Shown: positions 30,441 to 40,486, numbered from the stretch's first letter. The stretch: DNA of 64,000 nucleotides from an uncultured bacterium (GCA_965368975.1 CBDUPA010000004.1:64001-128000); one strand, 5' to 3'. The notes: a model not told the origin generated them from the letters alone. Program-made: numbers and translations.

Positions 30441-31497
30441 ACGTCTGCTGGGCGTCGATCCGCGCCCGGTGCCGTCGCACGTCTTCGCGATCGAAGACGG
30501 TCGGATGACCTATGCGGACTTCGAGCGGCGTCAGGGACTGCGTTCCGGCAGCGCCTTGGTGCTGCGCCACCATGCCAGCATCGAGCTACCCGAAGATGTC
30601 TTCCAAAGCGGCCTGCTGGGCGGTCCGGTGAGCGACGAAGCCGTGTTCGAAGACGCGCTCGAGCAGCTCCTGGCCAGTGCCGACATGGCGACCGGTGGCG
30701 GGAGTGGCGGTAAAGGCGGGAGTGGCAAGAAAGGCGGTCGACCCATCGAAGCCTGCCTGGTGGTGCCGGATGCCTGGCTGCGCCTGGCCTTCAGCGAGAT
30801 CGGCGAGCTGCCACGCACTGCCGGCGAGCGCGAGCAGGTCCTACGCTGGAAGTTGAAGCGCCTGGTGCCCTTCCGCGTCGACGAGCTGCGCGTCCAGGGC
30901 GTCGAGGTGGTGCCGCTGAGCGGTCAGCCCGCTGGCGAGCCACGACGGTTGCTGCTCGGCTTCGCACTCGAACGGTTGATGAGCCAGCTCGAAGACCTGT
31001 TCGGTCGCGCGGGCGTGCGGCTGGGCTGGATCTCCAACCACAGTCTCAGCCTGCTGGCCGCGCTCGACCTCGCTGGCAGGTTCGATGGAGGCAGCGATGC
31101 TGCCTCCTCCGGTACCGAACTGGTAGCGGTGGCACGGGTGCGCGAGGACGGTTACTCTTTGCTCTTCACCCTCGGTGGTGATCCGGTGCTGCAGCGCTAC
31201 AAGGCCGCTGCCGGTGCGACGCCCGAGGACGCCGCCGCCCGCTTGGTGCGTCGCGACCTTCGGTTGACCCGCTCCTTCCTGGAAGAAAAGCTCCCCGGCC
31301 ACGTGCTCGACCACACCTTGTTCGTCGGGCCATCGCACCTCGAAGATGCCTGGACGCAGTGGCTCGAAGAGGGGCTCGGTGCGCCGGTGGCCCGAATCGA
31401 TGAACAGCGGGTCTTGGACGTCGACTTCGCCGTCGCCGCGCCGTCCTGGAGTCACCTGGCGCCGCTGGTCGGCGCCGTCCGCCAGGAGGTCGCATGA
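30409..31497 (+). CDS. PilM/GspL-like cytoplasmic assembly protein
   Basis: Follows the ATPase; LVVPD..R, VLRWKLKRLVPF, EDLFGRAGV pattern. Confidence 0.65.
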   Translation: MRSIKLPSWIERLLGVDPRPVPSHVFAIEDGRMTYADFERRQGLRSGSALVLRHHASIELPEDVFQSGLLGGPVSDEAVFEDALEQLLASADMATGGGSGGKGGSGKKGGRPIEACLVVPDAWLRLAFSEIGELPRTAGEREQVLRWKLKRLVPFRVDELRVQGVEVVPLSGQPAGEPRRLLLGFALERLMSQLEDLFGRAGVRLGWISNHSLSLLAALDLAGRFDGGSDAASSGTELVAVARVREDGYSLLFTLGGDPVLQRYKAAAGATPEDAAARLVRRDLRLTRSFLEEKLPGHVLDHTLFVGPSHLEDAWTQWLEEGLGAPVARIDEQRVLDVDFAVAAPSWSHLAPLVGAVRQEVA

Positions 31498-32624
31498 GTC
31501 GCAGTCGTGTTGCCGAGCGCGATCGTCGCGGGGACGGGCTCAACCTGGCGCGCCAGCCGTTCCGCAACCTGCGTCCCATCGTGCGCTTGGCGGTCCTGCT
31601 GTGGCTGTTCGGTGGCGGCTTGCTGGTCGTCAACGCCGTGCAGTACTGGGGCTACTTCACTGGTTCGGAAGACCGCCGCGCCGAATTGGAGCAGCTACAA
31701 GGGCAGGTCGAAGAACACCGGCAGGACATCGAGGACCTGGAAGCCCGCTTCCGCAGCCTCGACCTGCGTCGCCAGAATGCCGAGGTTCGCTTCCTCAACC
31801 ACAAGATCGGCGAACGCGCCTTCTCTTGGAGCGGCCTGTTCGATCGCCTGGCCGACGTGCTGCCCAACGATGTGCGCCTGGTGTCGCTGTCGCCCGAGAC
31901 CGAGCGCAGGGAGAGCGGCAGGTCACGCCGCTCGGCAGGTGATGACGATCTTGCCGAAGGAGAGATTCGACTGGGTATCATCGGCGTCGCCCGTACACCG
32001 GAAGCACAGCTCGAATTCATCGAAGCCCTGTTTGCCCACCCTGCCTTCCGCGCCCCGGACCTCAGCCGCGACTCGGTTTCCGACGGTCAGATTCGCTTCG
32101 ACATGACCACAGTTTACCTGCCGGATGGTCCTGCGCTGGCCGAGGAGTCCACCGAAGTAGCAGAGGCTGAAGCAGCAGAGGCTGAGGTAGCGGCAGAGGA
32201 CGAGTCGACCGAAGAGGCCCAGCCAGTCGAGTCAGCCCATCGAGTCGAGTCATCAAGCGGACCATCGACCGAACGGGCCTCGACGGACGCGACACCAGCG
32301 CAGAACCGTGCCGCGAGCCCTGCCGCTCCTGCCGCGACGCAGCCGCCGGGAGGTGCCGGTGCGACTTCTGCGACGCTGAGGTCCACGAGCCAGCCTTCTG
32401 CGAGCCAGCCTTCTACGAGCCAGCCCTCGACGAGCCGGGCCAGTGTCGATGCACCGAGTCTCACGGCTCCCGCGGCGCCTCGGCGTCCCGTTGGACCGGT
32501 TCTCCAGCCACGCGCACCGTCCGCCGGCACCAGCCGTGCCAGTGCGCTGGCATCCTCTGCCAACCCTGCGAATCGTCCGCTGCCGCGGCAGCCGAACGCT
32601 TCCTCCAGCCCGGGTATCCGCTGA
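31494..32624 (+). CDS. PilN-like protein with low-complexity C-terminal tail
   Basis: LNLARQPF, TM helix, coiled coil, FSWSGLFDRLADVLPNDVRLVSLSP. Confidence 0.8.
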   Translation: MSRSRVAERDRRGDGLNLARQPFRNLRPIVRLAVLLWLFGGGLLVVNAVQYWGYFTGSEDRRAELEQLQGQVEEHRQDIEDLEARFRSLDLRRQNAEVRFLNHKIGERAFSWSGLFDRLADVLPNDVRLVSLSPETERRESGRSRRSAGDDDLAEGEIRLGIIGVARTPEAQLEFIEALFAHPAFRAPDLSRDSVSDGQIRFDMTTVYLPDGPALAEESTEVAEAEAAEAEVAAEDESTEEAQPVESAHRVESSSGPSTERASTDATPAQNRAASPAAPAATQPPGGAGATSATLRSTSQPSASQPSTSQPSTSRASVDAPSLTAPAAPRRPVGPVLQPRAPSAGTSRASALASSANPANRPLPRQPNASSSPGIR

Positions 32625-32632
32625 CGCACGCC

Positions 32633-33238
32633 ATGAGTAGAACTTCCAGCACCCCGTGGAGAGAGCGCCTGTGGCTGTGGCTGCCGCCGCTGATCTTTTT
32701 CGCCGTCAACCTGGTGGCGATCGTGATCTACCAGTTCAGCGGCCTGGCCGCCAGTGTCGACCTGATGGCCGCTCGCATTACCGCCGCCCAGTCGTCCGAA
32801 GCGACGCTGGCTGCAGACCGCGACCTGTTGACCGAGAAGGTCGAGCGTGCCGAGGCGACAAGGGATGCGGTTCGCACCCTCTACGAAGAACGCCTGTCGT
32901 CGCAGCGCATTCGATTGACCCGTATGATCACCGAACTGCGGCAGCTGGCGGCACAGACCGGGTTGACGCCGGACAACGTGTCCTACCCGGAAGAGGACAT
33001 CGAAGAGTACGGTCTGGTCAAGAAGAGCTTCGTCTTCACTGTCAGTGGCTCGTACCAGAATCTGCGTAGCTTCCTCAATGCCCTGGAGCTGAGCGAGTCC
33101 TTCATCACCTTGGAGCGCATCAGCCTCAGTGACGTCGCTGGCTCCGCCCGCGGCTCGCTGCAGATCAGCCTCAGCCTGTCGACCCTCTTCGAGGCAGAAG
33201 CGGAAGCGGCCGATGCCCGTGCGGAGGGTGCATCGTGA
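32633..33238 (+). CDS. PilO/GspM-like protein
   Basis: TM helix, coiled coil, VSGSYQNLRSFLNALE..FITLERISL. Confidence 0.75.
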   Translation: MSRTSSTPWRERLWLWLPPLIFFAVNLVAIVIYQFSGLAASVDLMAARITAAQSSEATLAADRDLLTEKVERAEATRDAVRTLYEERLSSQRIRLTRMITELRQLAAQTGLTPDNVSYPEEDIEEYGLVKKSFVFTVSGSYQNLRSFLNALELSESFITLERISLSDVAGSARGSLQISLSLSTLFEAEAEAADARAEGAS

Positions 33239-33819
33239 GCGAGCAAGAGCGTCAACGCCTGCTGCTCGTGCTGCTGGGCATCCTGGTGGTCGTGGCGGCG
33301 ATCCGCCTGTGGCCGAGTTCGGATGCACCGGAGCCGATATCCCCTTGGGATGCCGTGCTCGACGAGTCCAGCGATGGTGAGACGACGCGCCGGGGCCGGG
33401 AAGCTACCAGCAGCGACCCACGCGACATGCCGGTGGAAGTCCTGAACCTGGCCGCGCTGGAGCCCGAGGCCGGCAGCCACACCATCGGACGCAATCCCTG
33501 GGACTACTACGCGCCACCGCCACCGCCGCGGCCGCAGCCGGTACAAACCCACACGCGCAGCACGACGCCACCCCCACCGTCTCCGCCGCCACCGCGTGGC
33601 CCCAACCTACCGCGGGTCAACGTGCGCTTCCTCGGCTTCTTCGGACCGGAAGGCAACCCGGTGGCCGTGTTCACCGACGGTCAAGAGATCATCAATGCTC
33701 GCCGCGGTGACACGGTGGGTACAGAGTTCCGCGTGGACACCATCGGGCTGGAGTCCGTAACCTTGAAGTACGTTCGTTTCCCCGACCAGCCCCCGCAGCG
33801 CCTGCCCATCGGCGGGTAA
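33235..33819 (+). CDS. PilP/GspC-like Pro-rich periplasmic protein
   Basis: TM helix, GRNPW, poly-Pro linker, FLGFFG..AVF..GDTVGTEFRVDTIGLESV. Confidence 0.65.
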   Translation: MSEQERQRLLLVLLGILVVVAAIRLWPSSDAPEPISPWDAVLDESSDGETTRRGREATSSDPRDMPVEVLNLAALEPEAGSHTIGRNPWDYYAPPPPPRPQPVQTHTRSTTPPPPSPPPPRGPNLPRVNVRFLGFFGPEGNPVAVFTDGQEIINARRGDTVGTEFRVDTIGLESVTLKYVRFPDQPPQRLPIGG

Positions 33820-33866
33820 GGGCGATGGAGCAAGACATGAGATCGAGAGAATCGCTAGAGGTCGCA

Positions 33867-36488
33867 ATGCATCAGAGTTCCACCTCACGAACCGGTCTGT
33901 GGGTGGTTGCCGTGGTAGGCCTGGCCCTCAACCTGCTGGTCATCGGCTGCTCGAGCCACACCTCCTACCGCAAGGCAGAGATCGCGGCGGCCGCGGGAGA
34001 TTGGGATCAGGCGGTCCTCTTCTACATGGAGGCCGTGGAGCAGGAACCCGAGAACCTGCCGTACCGCTCGGCGTTGCTGCGCGCCAAGATCAGTGCCTCG
34101 CAGATGCACTTCGACAAGGGCAAGCGCTACCGTGAGGCCAGTGTTCTCGGCCGCGCTCTGGTCGAGTTCCAGCAGGCGGTACAGCTGGATCCGACCAACC
34201 AGTACGCGCAGGCCGAACTGCTGGCGCTGCAGGAGGAGATCCGCGCCCAGGACGACGAGCAAGATCTGGAAACGATCGAGGATCTCAAGCGGCGCACCTC
34301 AGGCCAGCGCGCACAGCCGCCGGAGTTCGACCCACGGTCGAAGGAGCCCATCGACTTCAACTTCCCCCGTCCCACCAAGGTGCGGGACATCTACACCGCC
34401 CTGGCCGACGCCTACGGCTTCAACGTCCTCTTCGATCCCACCCTCAAGGACACCAACATGACGCTGGTGCTCGAAGACGTGGTGGCCCAGGACGCGCTCG
34501 AAGTGGTGATGCGCACGGCGGGTCATTTCTACAAGGTGCAGGACGAGCACACCATCATCGTGGTCCAGGACACGCCGCAGAACCGGCGCAAGTACGAGGA
34601 TCTGATGGTGCAGACCTTCTTCCTCTCCAACGCCGACATCAAGACCGTGATGACCATGCTGCGCAGCCTGGTCGACGCCAAGAAGATCGCCATCAACGAG
34701 CAGCTCAACGCCATCGTGCTGCGCGACACCGCGGACAAGGTCAAGGTCGCAGAGCGCATTATCCAGGCCAACGACAAAGCCAAGGCCGAAGTGGTGGTCG
34801 ACGTCGAGTTGCTACAGGTCAACTCCAACAAGCTGCGCAACCTGGGCATGCAGCTGGATTCCTACAGCGTTACCCAGAGCCTCGACCTGGGCGGCGACGA
34901 TGTGCCGCTGCGGTTGTCGGACATCGACGATCTGACGACCAACAACTGGGTCCTGTCGCTGCCCAACTTCATCTACAGCTTCGTCAAGACCAACACCGAC
35001 GCCCAATTGCTGGCACGGCCGCAGCTGCGCATCACCGAGGGTGAAAAGGCGCGACTGCTGATCGGTGAGCGCGTGCCGATTCCCACGACCACCTTCAACA
35101 CCTCGAACACCGTTGGCGGCAACATCGTGCCACTGACCACCTTCCAGTACACCGACGTCGGCATCCAGATCCAGATCGAGCCGCGCGTGCACCACAACAA
35201 AGAGATCACCCTCAAGGTGACCATCGAGGTGAGCAACATCTCCGGCTTTGTCGAAGGTGGCAATGGCCAGCGTCAGCCGCTGATTGGCACCCGCACCATC
35301 GAGTCGACGATCCGCCTGCGCGACGGTGAGACCAACTTCCTCGCCGGCTTGATCCGTACCGAGGAACTAGAGACGGAAAGCGGCATCCCGGGGCTGTCCG
35401 ACATCCCGGTCCTCGGCCGCCTGTTCTCCAACAACAACCGTGACGACACGCGCACCGACGTCATCCTGACCATGACGCCGCACATCATCCGCACGCCGAG
35501 CATCACCGAGGAAGACCTGCTGCCGATCTGGGTCGGTACCGAGCAGCAGATCACCTTCCGCGGCGGCAGCCCGCGTGTCGAGTCGGATGTCGACGGTCCG
35601 TTCGATGCCGACGCCAACAACGAACGCGTCCAGCAACTGCTGCGCGAGCGCGCCCAGCGCCTGCCACAGGGCCTGCGTACCTCCGGCGAAGCTCCCGAGG
35701 CTGAAGAGCCGCAGGGCATCGACTTGGCGCCCTCCGGCGGCCCGAGCAGTCTGTTCGAGCCCGACGAGCCCGAACCACCGGGCGACTCGGCCGCTCTGGG
35801 CTCGCCTGCTTTCCCCGAGGATGTCTATGCCGACGCCCCTGCCGAGACCTTCGTGCTGGCGCCCCTCGGGGCGGGAATCCCCGCCGCGGCCGCACATGAT
35901 CTGCAGCCGACCAGCGCTGCCCTGGCAGCCAGCCAGACCCATGCGCTGGCCGCCAGTGGTGCCGGTGTCTTCCCCGGGGACGGTCCAGCCGTCCGCCTGC
36001 GCTTGACCCCTGGCCGTCTGCAAGTTGCACCGGGGGACCTGTTCGAGGTCACGCTCGTGGCCGAGGCACGCGAGCCCATCTCCCACCTGCCGCTGGAGTT
36101 GACCTTCGATCCTCGGCTGTTGGCCTTCGAAGGTGCCGAACGCGGCGAGTTCCTGGGGCCTGAGGGCGAAGCCGTCGTCATGGCCAACGAGACCCAGCCG
36201 GGTCGCCTGGTCCTGGGTGCCAGCCGGCTGGGCCAGAATGCTCCGGTCGCCGGCAACGGCGTCGTCGCCCGCGTTCGCTTCCGTGCCCTCGCCGCGGGCA
36301 TCAGCGACATCGGCTTTCATGACGCCGGAGCTCTTGGCGCCGAGCTGGTACCGCTGACGTCTGTGCGCCTCTTCCCGGCGCGTGTGCTGGTCGACCCCGC
36401 GACACCGAGAGCTCCCGAAGGTGAAGAACGTCCGAACGCGCCACGTCCCCAGGAGCCGCGTCCGCAGGGCACTGTCTCCGAGACCTGA
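33867..36488 (+). CDS. Secretin (GspD/PilQ family) with lipobox, TPR region and C-terminal cohesin-like domain
   Basis: LLVIGC lipobox; TPR-like helices; LLARPQLRITEGEKARLLIGERVPI, YTDVGI, GIPGLSDIPVLGRLFS, MTPHIIR; C-terminal VAPGDLFEVTL..LTFDP..GNGVVARVRFRALAAG. Confidence 0.92.
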   Translation: MHQSSTSRTGLWVVAVVGLALNLLVIGCSSHTSYRKAEIAAAAGDWDQAVLFYMEAVEQEPENLPYRSALLRAKISASQMHFDKGKRYREASVLGRALVEFQQAVQLDPTNQYAQAELLALQEEIRAQDDEQDLETIEDLKRRTSGQRAQPPEFDPRSKEPIDFNFPRPTKVRDIYTALADAYGFNVLFDPTLKDTNMTLVLEDVVAQDALEVVMRTAGHFYKVQDEHTIIVVQDTPQNRRKYEDLMVQTFFLSNADIKTVMTMLRSLVDAKKIAINEQLNAIVLRDTADKVKVAERIIQANDKAKAEVVVDVELLQVNSNKLRNLGMQLDSYSVTQSLDLGGDDVPLRLSDIDDLTTNNWVLSLPNFIYSFVKTNTDAQLLARPQLRITEGEKARLLIGERVPIPTTTFNTSNTVGGNIVPLTTFQYTDVGIQIQIEPRVHHNKEITLKVTIEVSNISGFVEGGNGQRQPLIGTRTIESTIRLRDGETNFLAGLIRTEELETESGIPGLSDIPVLGRLFSNNNRDDTRTDVILTMTPHIIRTPSITEEDLLPIWVGTEQQITFRGGSPRVESDVDGPFDADANNERVQQLLRERAQRLPQGLRTSGEAPEAEEPQGIDLAPSGGPSSLFEPDEPEPPGDSAALGSPAFPEDVYADAPAETFVLAPLGAGIPAAAAHDLQPTSAALAASQTHALAASGAGVFPGDGPAVRLRLTPGRLQVAPGDLFEVTLVAEAREPISHLPLELTFDPRLLAFEGAERGEFLGPEGEAVVMANETQPGRLVLGASRLGQNAPVAGNGVVARVRFRALAAGISDIGFHDAGALGAELVPLTSVRLFPARVLVDPATPRAPEGEERPNAPRPQEPRPQGTVSET

Positions 36489-36579
36489 CGCGCTCGGTCG
36501 CACGCAGCAGGAGGTGCAAGCCTGTGACGTGGTCGGGGCTGGTACGTACTAGTCATAGAACCGCAGAGACCCACCAACC

Positions 36580-37071
36580 ATGATCCGCCGCCGACATCCC
36601 AAGCAAGCCCCTCGCCACCGCATGCAGGGCATGAGCATGATCGAGATGGTCGTCGTCGCGACCGTGCTACTGATCCTCGCTGGTGTCACTCTGCCGGTAG
36701 CCAAATATTCGATCAAGCGCGGCAAGGAGATGGAGCTACGGCTCGCGCTGCGCACCATGCGCAACGCCATCGACGAGCACAAGCGCTACGTCGATGCGGG
36801 CTTGTTGCCGACCGACCTCGGTACCGACGGCTACCCCTCCGAACTCGAGGCCCTGCTCGATCCGGTCGACCTGGTAGGCCAGATCGACCGGCAGATCCGC
36901 TTTCTGCGCCGCATCCCCATCGACCCGATGACCGGCTCCAACGAGACCTGGATCCTGCTCAGCACCCAGGATGATTCCGAGTCTCAGTTCTGGGGTGGTG
37001 AGAACGTCTACGACGTCCGCTCCGGCAGTCGAGGTACCGGCCTGAACGGCATCCCTTACCGAGAATGGTGA
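36580..37071 (+). CDS. Pseudopilin (GspG-like)
   Basis: Class III signal QG|MSMIEMVVV, GYPSELEAL, LRRIPIDPMT. Confidence 0.85.
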   Translation: MIRRRHPKQAPRHRMQGMSMIEMVVVATVLLILAGVTLPVAKYSIKRGKEMELRLALRTMRNAIDEHKRYVDAGLLPTDLGTDGYPSELEALLDPVDLVGQIDRQIRFLRRIPIDPMTGSNETWILLSTQDDSESQFWGGENVYDVRSGSRGTGLNGIPYREW

Positions 37072-37078
37072 TTCCCTC

Positions 37079-37543
37079 ATGACCCACGCCACCTGCCAGT
37101 CCTCCACCCTCCGCAAGCGCCGCAGTCTCGGCATCGGTGAACGCGGCTTCACCCTGCTCGAACTGATCATCGTCGTCGCCATGATCGGTATCCTGGCGAC
37201 CATCGCCATCCCGGCCCTGCGGCAGAGCCCGCGGCGTGCCCAGGAAGCCGTCCTGCGCACCAACCTGCATACCCTGCGTGACGTGATCAACCAGCACTTT
37301 GCCGACAAGGGCCACTATCCGTCGAGCCTCGAAGCCCTGGTCGACGAGGGGTACGTACGCGATGTTCCGACCGACCCGATGACCAAGAGCAACGAAACCT
37401 GGGAAGTCGTCTATGAGACCTTTGACGACGACGAAGAACCGGCCGAGACCGATCTACCCGAGGATGAACAGCCTGGCATCATGGACGTCTATTCCGGCTC
37501 CACCAGCACCGCGCTCGACGGGAGTTCCTACAGCGAATGGTGA
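37079..37543 (+). CDS. Pseudopilin (GspG-like)
   Basis: ERG|FTLLELIIVVAMIGILATIAIP, GHYPSSLEALV, VPTDPMT. Confidence 0.9.
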   Translation: MTHATCQSSTLRKRRSLGIGERGFTLLELIIVVAMIGILATIAIPALRQSPRRAQEAVLRTNLHTLRDVINQHFADKGHYPSSLEALVDEGYVRDVPTDPMTKSNETWEVVYETFDDDEEPAETDLPEDEQPGIMDVYSGSTSTALDGSSYSEW

Positions 37544-38568
37544 GACGTGCGTCTTCGCCGCGAGCGGGTTCCAGTTTGCCACGATGGCCGAGGCAGGATG
37601 GCTACAACATGGTCATCCTGGTCATCGCCGTCACCCTGCTCACCGTTGCAACCGCCGCCGTCCTGCCCTTGTGGAGCACGGCCATGCAACGCGACAAGGA
37701 AGACGAACTGATCTTCCGCGGTCTCCAGTACGCCGAGGCCGTGCGCCTGTTCCAGGCGCGCAACGGCCGCTACCCAGTGCGTCTCGAAGAGCTGATCGAA
37801 GTCAAGCCACGCTGTATCCGCCAGCTCTATCCCAACCCCATGTCCGAAGATGGCGAATGGGAACTCGTCTTCGCCAACACTGGTCAGCCGTCCCGGAATC
37901 CCCAGTTGACCGTCGGCGGCGATCCCTCCCGCAACCCGCGACCTGACGGCCCGCAACTCGATGCCACTGGCGATGGTCAAGGTCGTCCGACTTCCGCCGA
38001 GCAAGACGCTGCAAGCCGTGGCAGCGACCGCGGTGTTGGTGGTCTGAGCGGCACGGGAGGCTCTGGCTCCGGCTTGGGTTCAAACCTGGAGGAGAGTGAC
38101 CTGCGCGAAAGCCAGAGCGCCTTTGGTGGTGCCGCCGTTGGGGGTAAACGTCAGCGCACTGGCCCGATCATTGGTGTTTTCGCCAAGTCAGACGAGACGT
38201 CGATCAAGACCTTCATGGGGCAGCAAACCTACGAGCAGTGGATCTTCACGGTCGAGATGGTCGCCGGTCACTTGGCCCTGCCCGATCGTGCACCCCTGGT
38301 GCCGTCTGCCGCGACGCTCGGCCGTCCGTATCTGGACGGCATCGAGCCGTTGATCAAGATTCCGACGCGTCAGGAGGGGCAGGGTGGTGGCGGTCAGGGT
38401 GGAGTGCCTGGGCAACCAGGCCCGCCTGGAGCGGGGCAGCCGCTTCAGCCAGGCCAGCCCGGAGCCGCGCCGGGGGGTGGCCGTCCGGCGAATCCCTTTG
38501 GTGTGCCCGGTGGACTCCCTGGCCAGCAGCGCCCGGGTCGAGGGTCGTCGGGCCGCGGGGATAGCTGA
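37537..38568 (+). CDS. Minor pseudopilin-like protein with Gly/Pro/Gln-rich tail
   Basis: DG|YNMVILVIAV (no Glu5), EDELIFRGLQY, YPVRLEEL, IRQLYPNPM. Confidence 0.75.
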   Translation: MVRRASSPRAGSSLPRWPRQDGYNMVILVIAVTLLTVATAAVLPLWSTAMQRDKEDELIFRGLQYAEAVRLFQARNGRYPVRLEELIEVKPRCIRQLYPNPMSEDGEWELVFANTGQPSRNPQLTVGGDPSRNPRPDGPQLDATGDGQGRPTSAEQDAASRGSDRGVGGLSGTGGSGSGLGSNLEESDLRESQSAFGGAAVGGKRQRTGPIIGVFAKSDETSIKTFMGQQTYEQWIFTVEMVAGHLALPDRAPLVPSAATLGRPYLDGIEPLIKIPTRQEGQGGGGQGGVPGQPGPPGAGQPLQPGQPGAAPGGGRPANPFGVPGGLPGQQRPGRGSSGRGDS

Positions 38569-38572
38569 TCCC

Positions 38573-39163
38573 CTACGGGGCGGCGCTGAACAGGCCGGCG
38601 AAGCCCATGAAGGCCATCGACAGGATGCCGGCCATGATCAAGCTCATGGCAGTGCCGCGCAGGATGGAAGGGATCGAGGAGAGTTCGGCTTCTTCGCGCA
38701 GGCCGGCCATCAAGACGAGCGCAAGTGTCAGGCCGCCGCCGGCGCCTAGGGCGAAGACGATGCCCTCGAGCACGCCGTACTCGCGGCTGGTCTGGAACAG
38801 CGCCAGGGCGAGAATCGCGCAATTGGTGGTGATCAGCGGCAGGAAGATGCCGAGGGCCTGGAACAGCACGGGACTGACCCGCCGGATCACCATCTCGACG
38901 AACTGCACGGTGCTGGCGATCACGACGATGAAGCTGATCAGGCGCAGGTAGGGCGCGTACGGCAGCACGAAAGCTTCCAGGAAGGACGCCGCCAGCGAGG
39001 TGATCACCATCACGAAGATGTTGGCCATTCCCAGACGCAGGGCGGTCGCCAGGCGTCCCGAGACGCCGAAGAAGGGACACAAGCCGAGGAAGTACGACAA
39101 CGTAAAGTTGTTCACCAGCAGGGCGCTGACGAAGATCCACAGCAGCTGGCCGGAGTTGTTCAT
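38573..39163 (-). CDS. rnfA: Rnf electron transport complex subunit A
   Basis: LVNNFTLSYFLGLCPFFGVS, LGIFLPLITTNCAILA, SMAFMGFAGL. Confidence 0.93.
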   Translation of the reverse strand: MNNSGQLLWIFVSALLVNNFTLSYFLGLCPFFGVSGRLATALRLGMANIFVMVITSLAASFLEAFVLPYAPYLRLISFIVVIASTVQFVEMVIRRVSPVLFQALGIFLPLITTNCAILALALFQTSREYGVLEGIVFALGAGGGLTLALVLMAGLREEAELSSIPSILRGTAMSLIMAGILSMAFMGFAGLFSAAP

Positions 39164-39876
39164 GCCGCCTCCTCCTGGCTCTTGCGCTTATCTTGGCTGG
39201 CCCGTTGCGCGTCGGCCGCCTGCTGCAGTCGCCGGGCCGCCTTGTCGCGGGCTTCGCGCAGGCTGGCGAAGAGCAGTAGCAAGAAGCCCAGCATCAGGAA
39301 GCCACCCGGCGGCAGGATCATGATCACCCAGGGTTCGAAGTTGGGTCCGAACAGGGATCTACCAAAGAGCGCACCGCTGCCCAGGACCTCGCGCGCACCG
39401 CCCAGCACCACCAGGGCGAGGGTGAAGCCGGCCCCCATGCCGGCGGCGTCCGCCAGCGCCGGGCCGATACGCTGCTTGGAGGCGAAGGCTTCCTGGCGAC
39501 CGAGGATCAGGCAGTTGACCACGATCAGGGAGATGAAGGCGCCGAGCTCGCGGTGGACGTTCGGCACCAGGGCCTGCAACAGCAGGTCGGCGACGGTGAC
39601 GAAGGTGGCGATGATCAGGATGTAGGTGGAGATGCGTACTGGTCGCGGAATCCAGTGCCGTAGCGCCGACACCAGGAAGCTGGAGCCGACCAGCACGAAG
39701 AAGGTGGCGCCGCCCATGGCCAGGCCGTTGACGCCGCTGTTGGTCACCGCCAGGGCTGGGCACATGCCGAGTACCTGGACGAAGACGGGGTTTTCGCGCC
39801 ACAGGCCCTTGACGAATTCCGAGGTCAGGTCGGGGCGCGGGTCTGGCGGCAGCACCGGCAGCAGGGGTTCACTCAT
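39160..39876 (-). CDS. rnfE: Rnf electron transport complex subunit E
   Basis: GLWRENPVFVQVLGMCPALAVTNS, LIVVNCLILGRQEAFASK, ILPPGGF; true start ATG 39876. Confidence 0.93.
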   Translation of the reverse strand: MSEPLLPVLPPDPRPDLTSEFVKGLWRENPVFVQVLGMCPALAVTNSGVNGLAMGGATFFVLVGSSFLVSALRHWIPRPVRISTYILIIATFVTVADLLLQALVPNVHRELGAFISLIVVNCLILGRQEAFASKQRIGPALADAAGMGAGFTLALVVLGGAREVLGSGALFGRSLFGPNFEPWVIMILPPGGFLMLGFLLLLFASLREARDKAARRLQQAADAQRASQDKRKSQEEAA

Positions 39877-40486
39877 GGTGAACCTCGGGCAGGCGCTCGA
39901 GCCATTGGGCGTTGGCACTGTTGATGATCTCGACCACGGCACGCGAGGAAATGGTGGCGCCGCTGATGGCGTCGACCTGGTGCGCGGCCTGGGCGTCGTC
40001 CTGCACCAGCTCGACCCGTGGGGACACGGCCAGGTCACGGAAGGCGGCCTGGAAGTCGGGGTCCTTGTAGATGCGGTCACCCAGGCCTGGCGTCTCGCGG
40101 CTCTCGAGGATCGCCAGGCCGACGATGCGCCCGCGCTGCGGGTCGTAGCCGTAGAGCAGGCGGATGGTGTCCTGGAAGCCGGCGCCTTCGCCACGAATGG
40201 CGTAGCCCACCAGGGTGTCGTCCGCGTAGCCTGCGTAGACCATGGCTGCCGCGGTTGCATCGTCCCCGGTTGGGGCGCCGGATGAGTACTCCAGAACCAA
40301 GCGTTCCATGCGCTGGGCGCCGGGCAGCACCTGGAAGACGGCGCGCTCCAGGGCGGCGGCCTGGTTGGCGCGGATGGTCGGCAAGGTGGCCTGGTGCACG
40401 GTGGCGATGGTGAGGCCGGAGAACAGGCCGGCGACGGTGAGTGTCGCCACCAGACGTAGAGTGCTCTCGCCCGCTGGGCGCTTCAT
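39869..40486 (-). CDS. rnfG: Rnf subunit G (covalent FMN)
   Basis: N-terminal TM, GFQDTI, ETPGLG, DAISGATISS FMN-Thr motif. Confidence 0.92.
   Translation of the reverse strand: MKRPAGESTLRLVATLTVAGLFSGLTIATVHQATLPTIRANQAAALERAVFQVLPGAQRMERLVLEYSSGAPTGDDATAAAMVYAGYADDTLVGYAIRGEGAGFQDTIRLLYGYDPQRGRIVGLAILESRETPGLGDRIYKDPDFQAAFRDLAVSPRVELVQDDAQAAHQVDAISGATISSRAVVEIINSANAQWLERLPEVHHE

Noticed and set aside
38380-38568. Collagen-like domain in the third pseudopilin
   Set aside because: The Gly-X-Y periodicity lasts only a few triplets; it is better described as a low-complexity G/P/Q tail.
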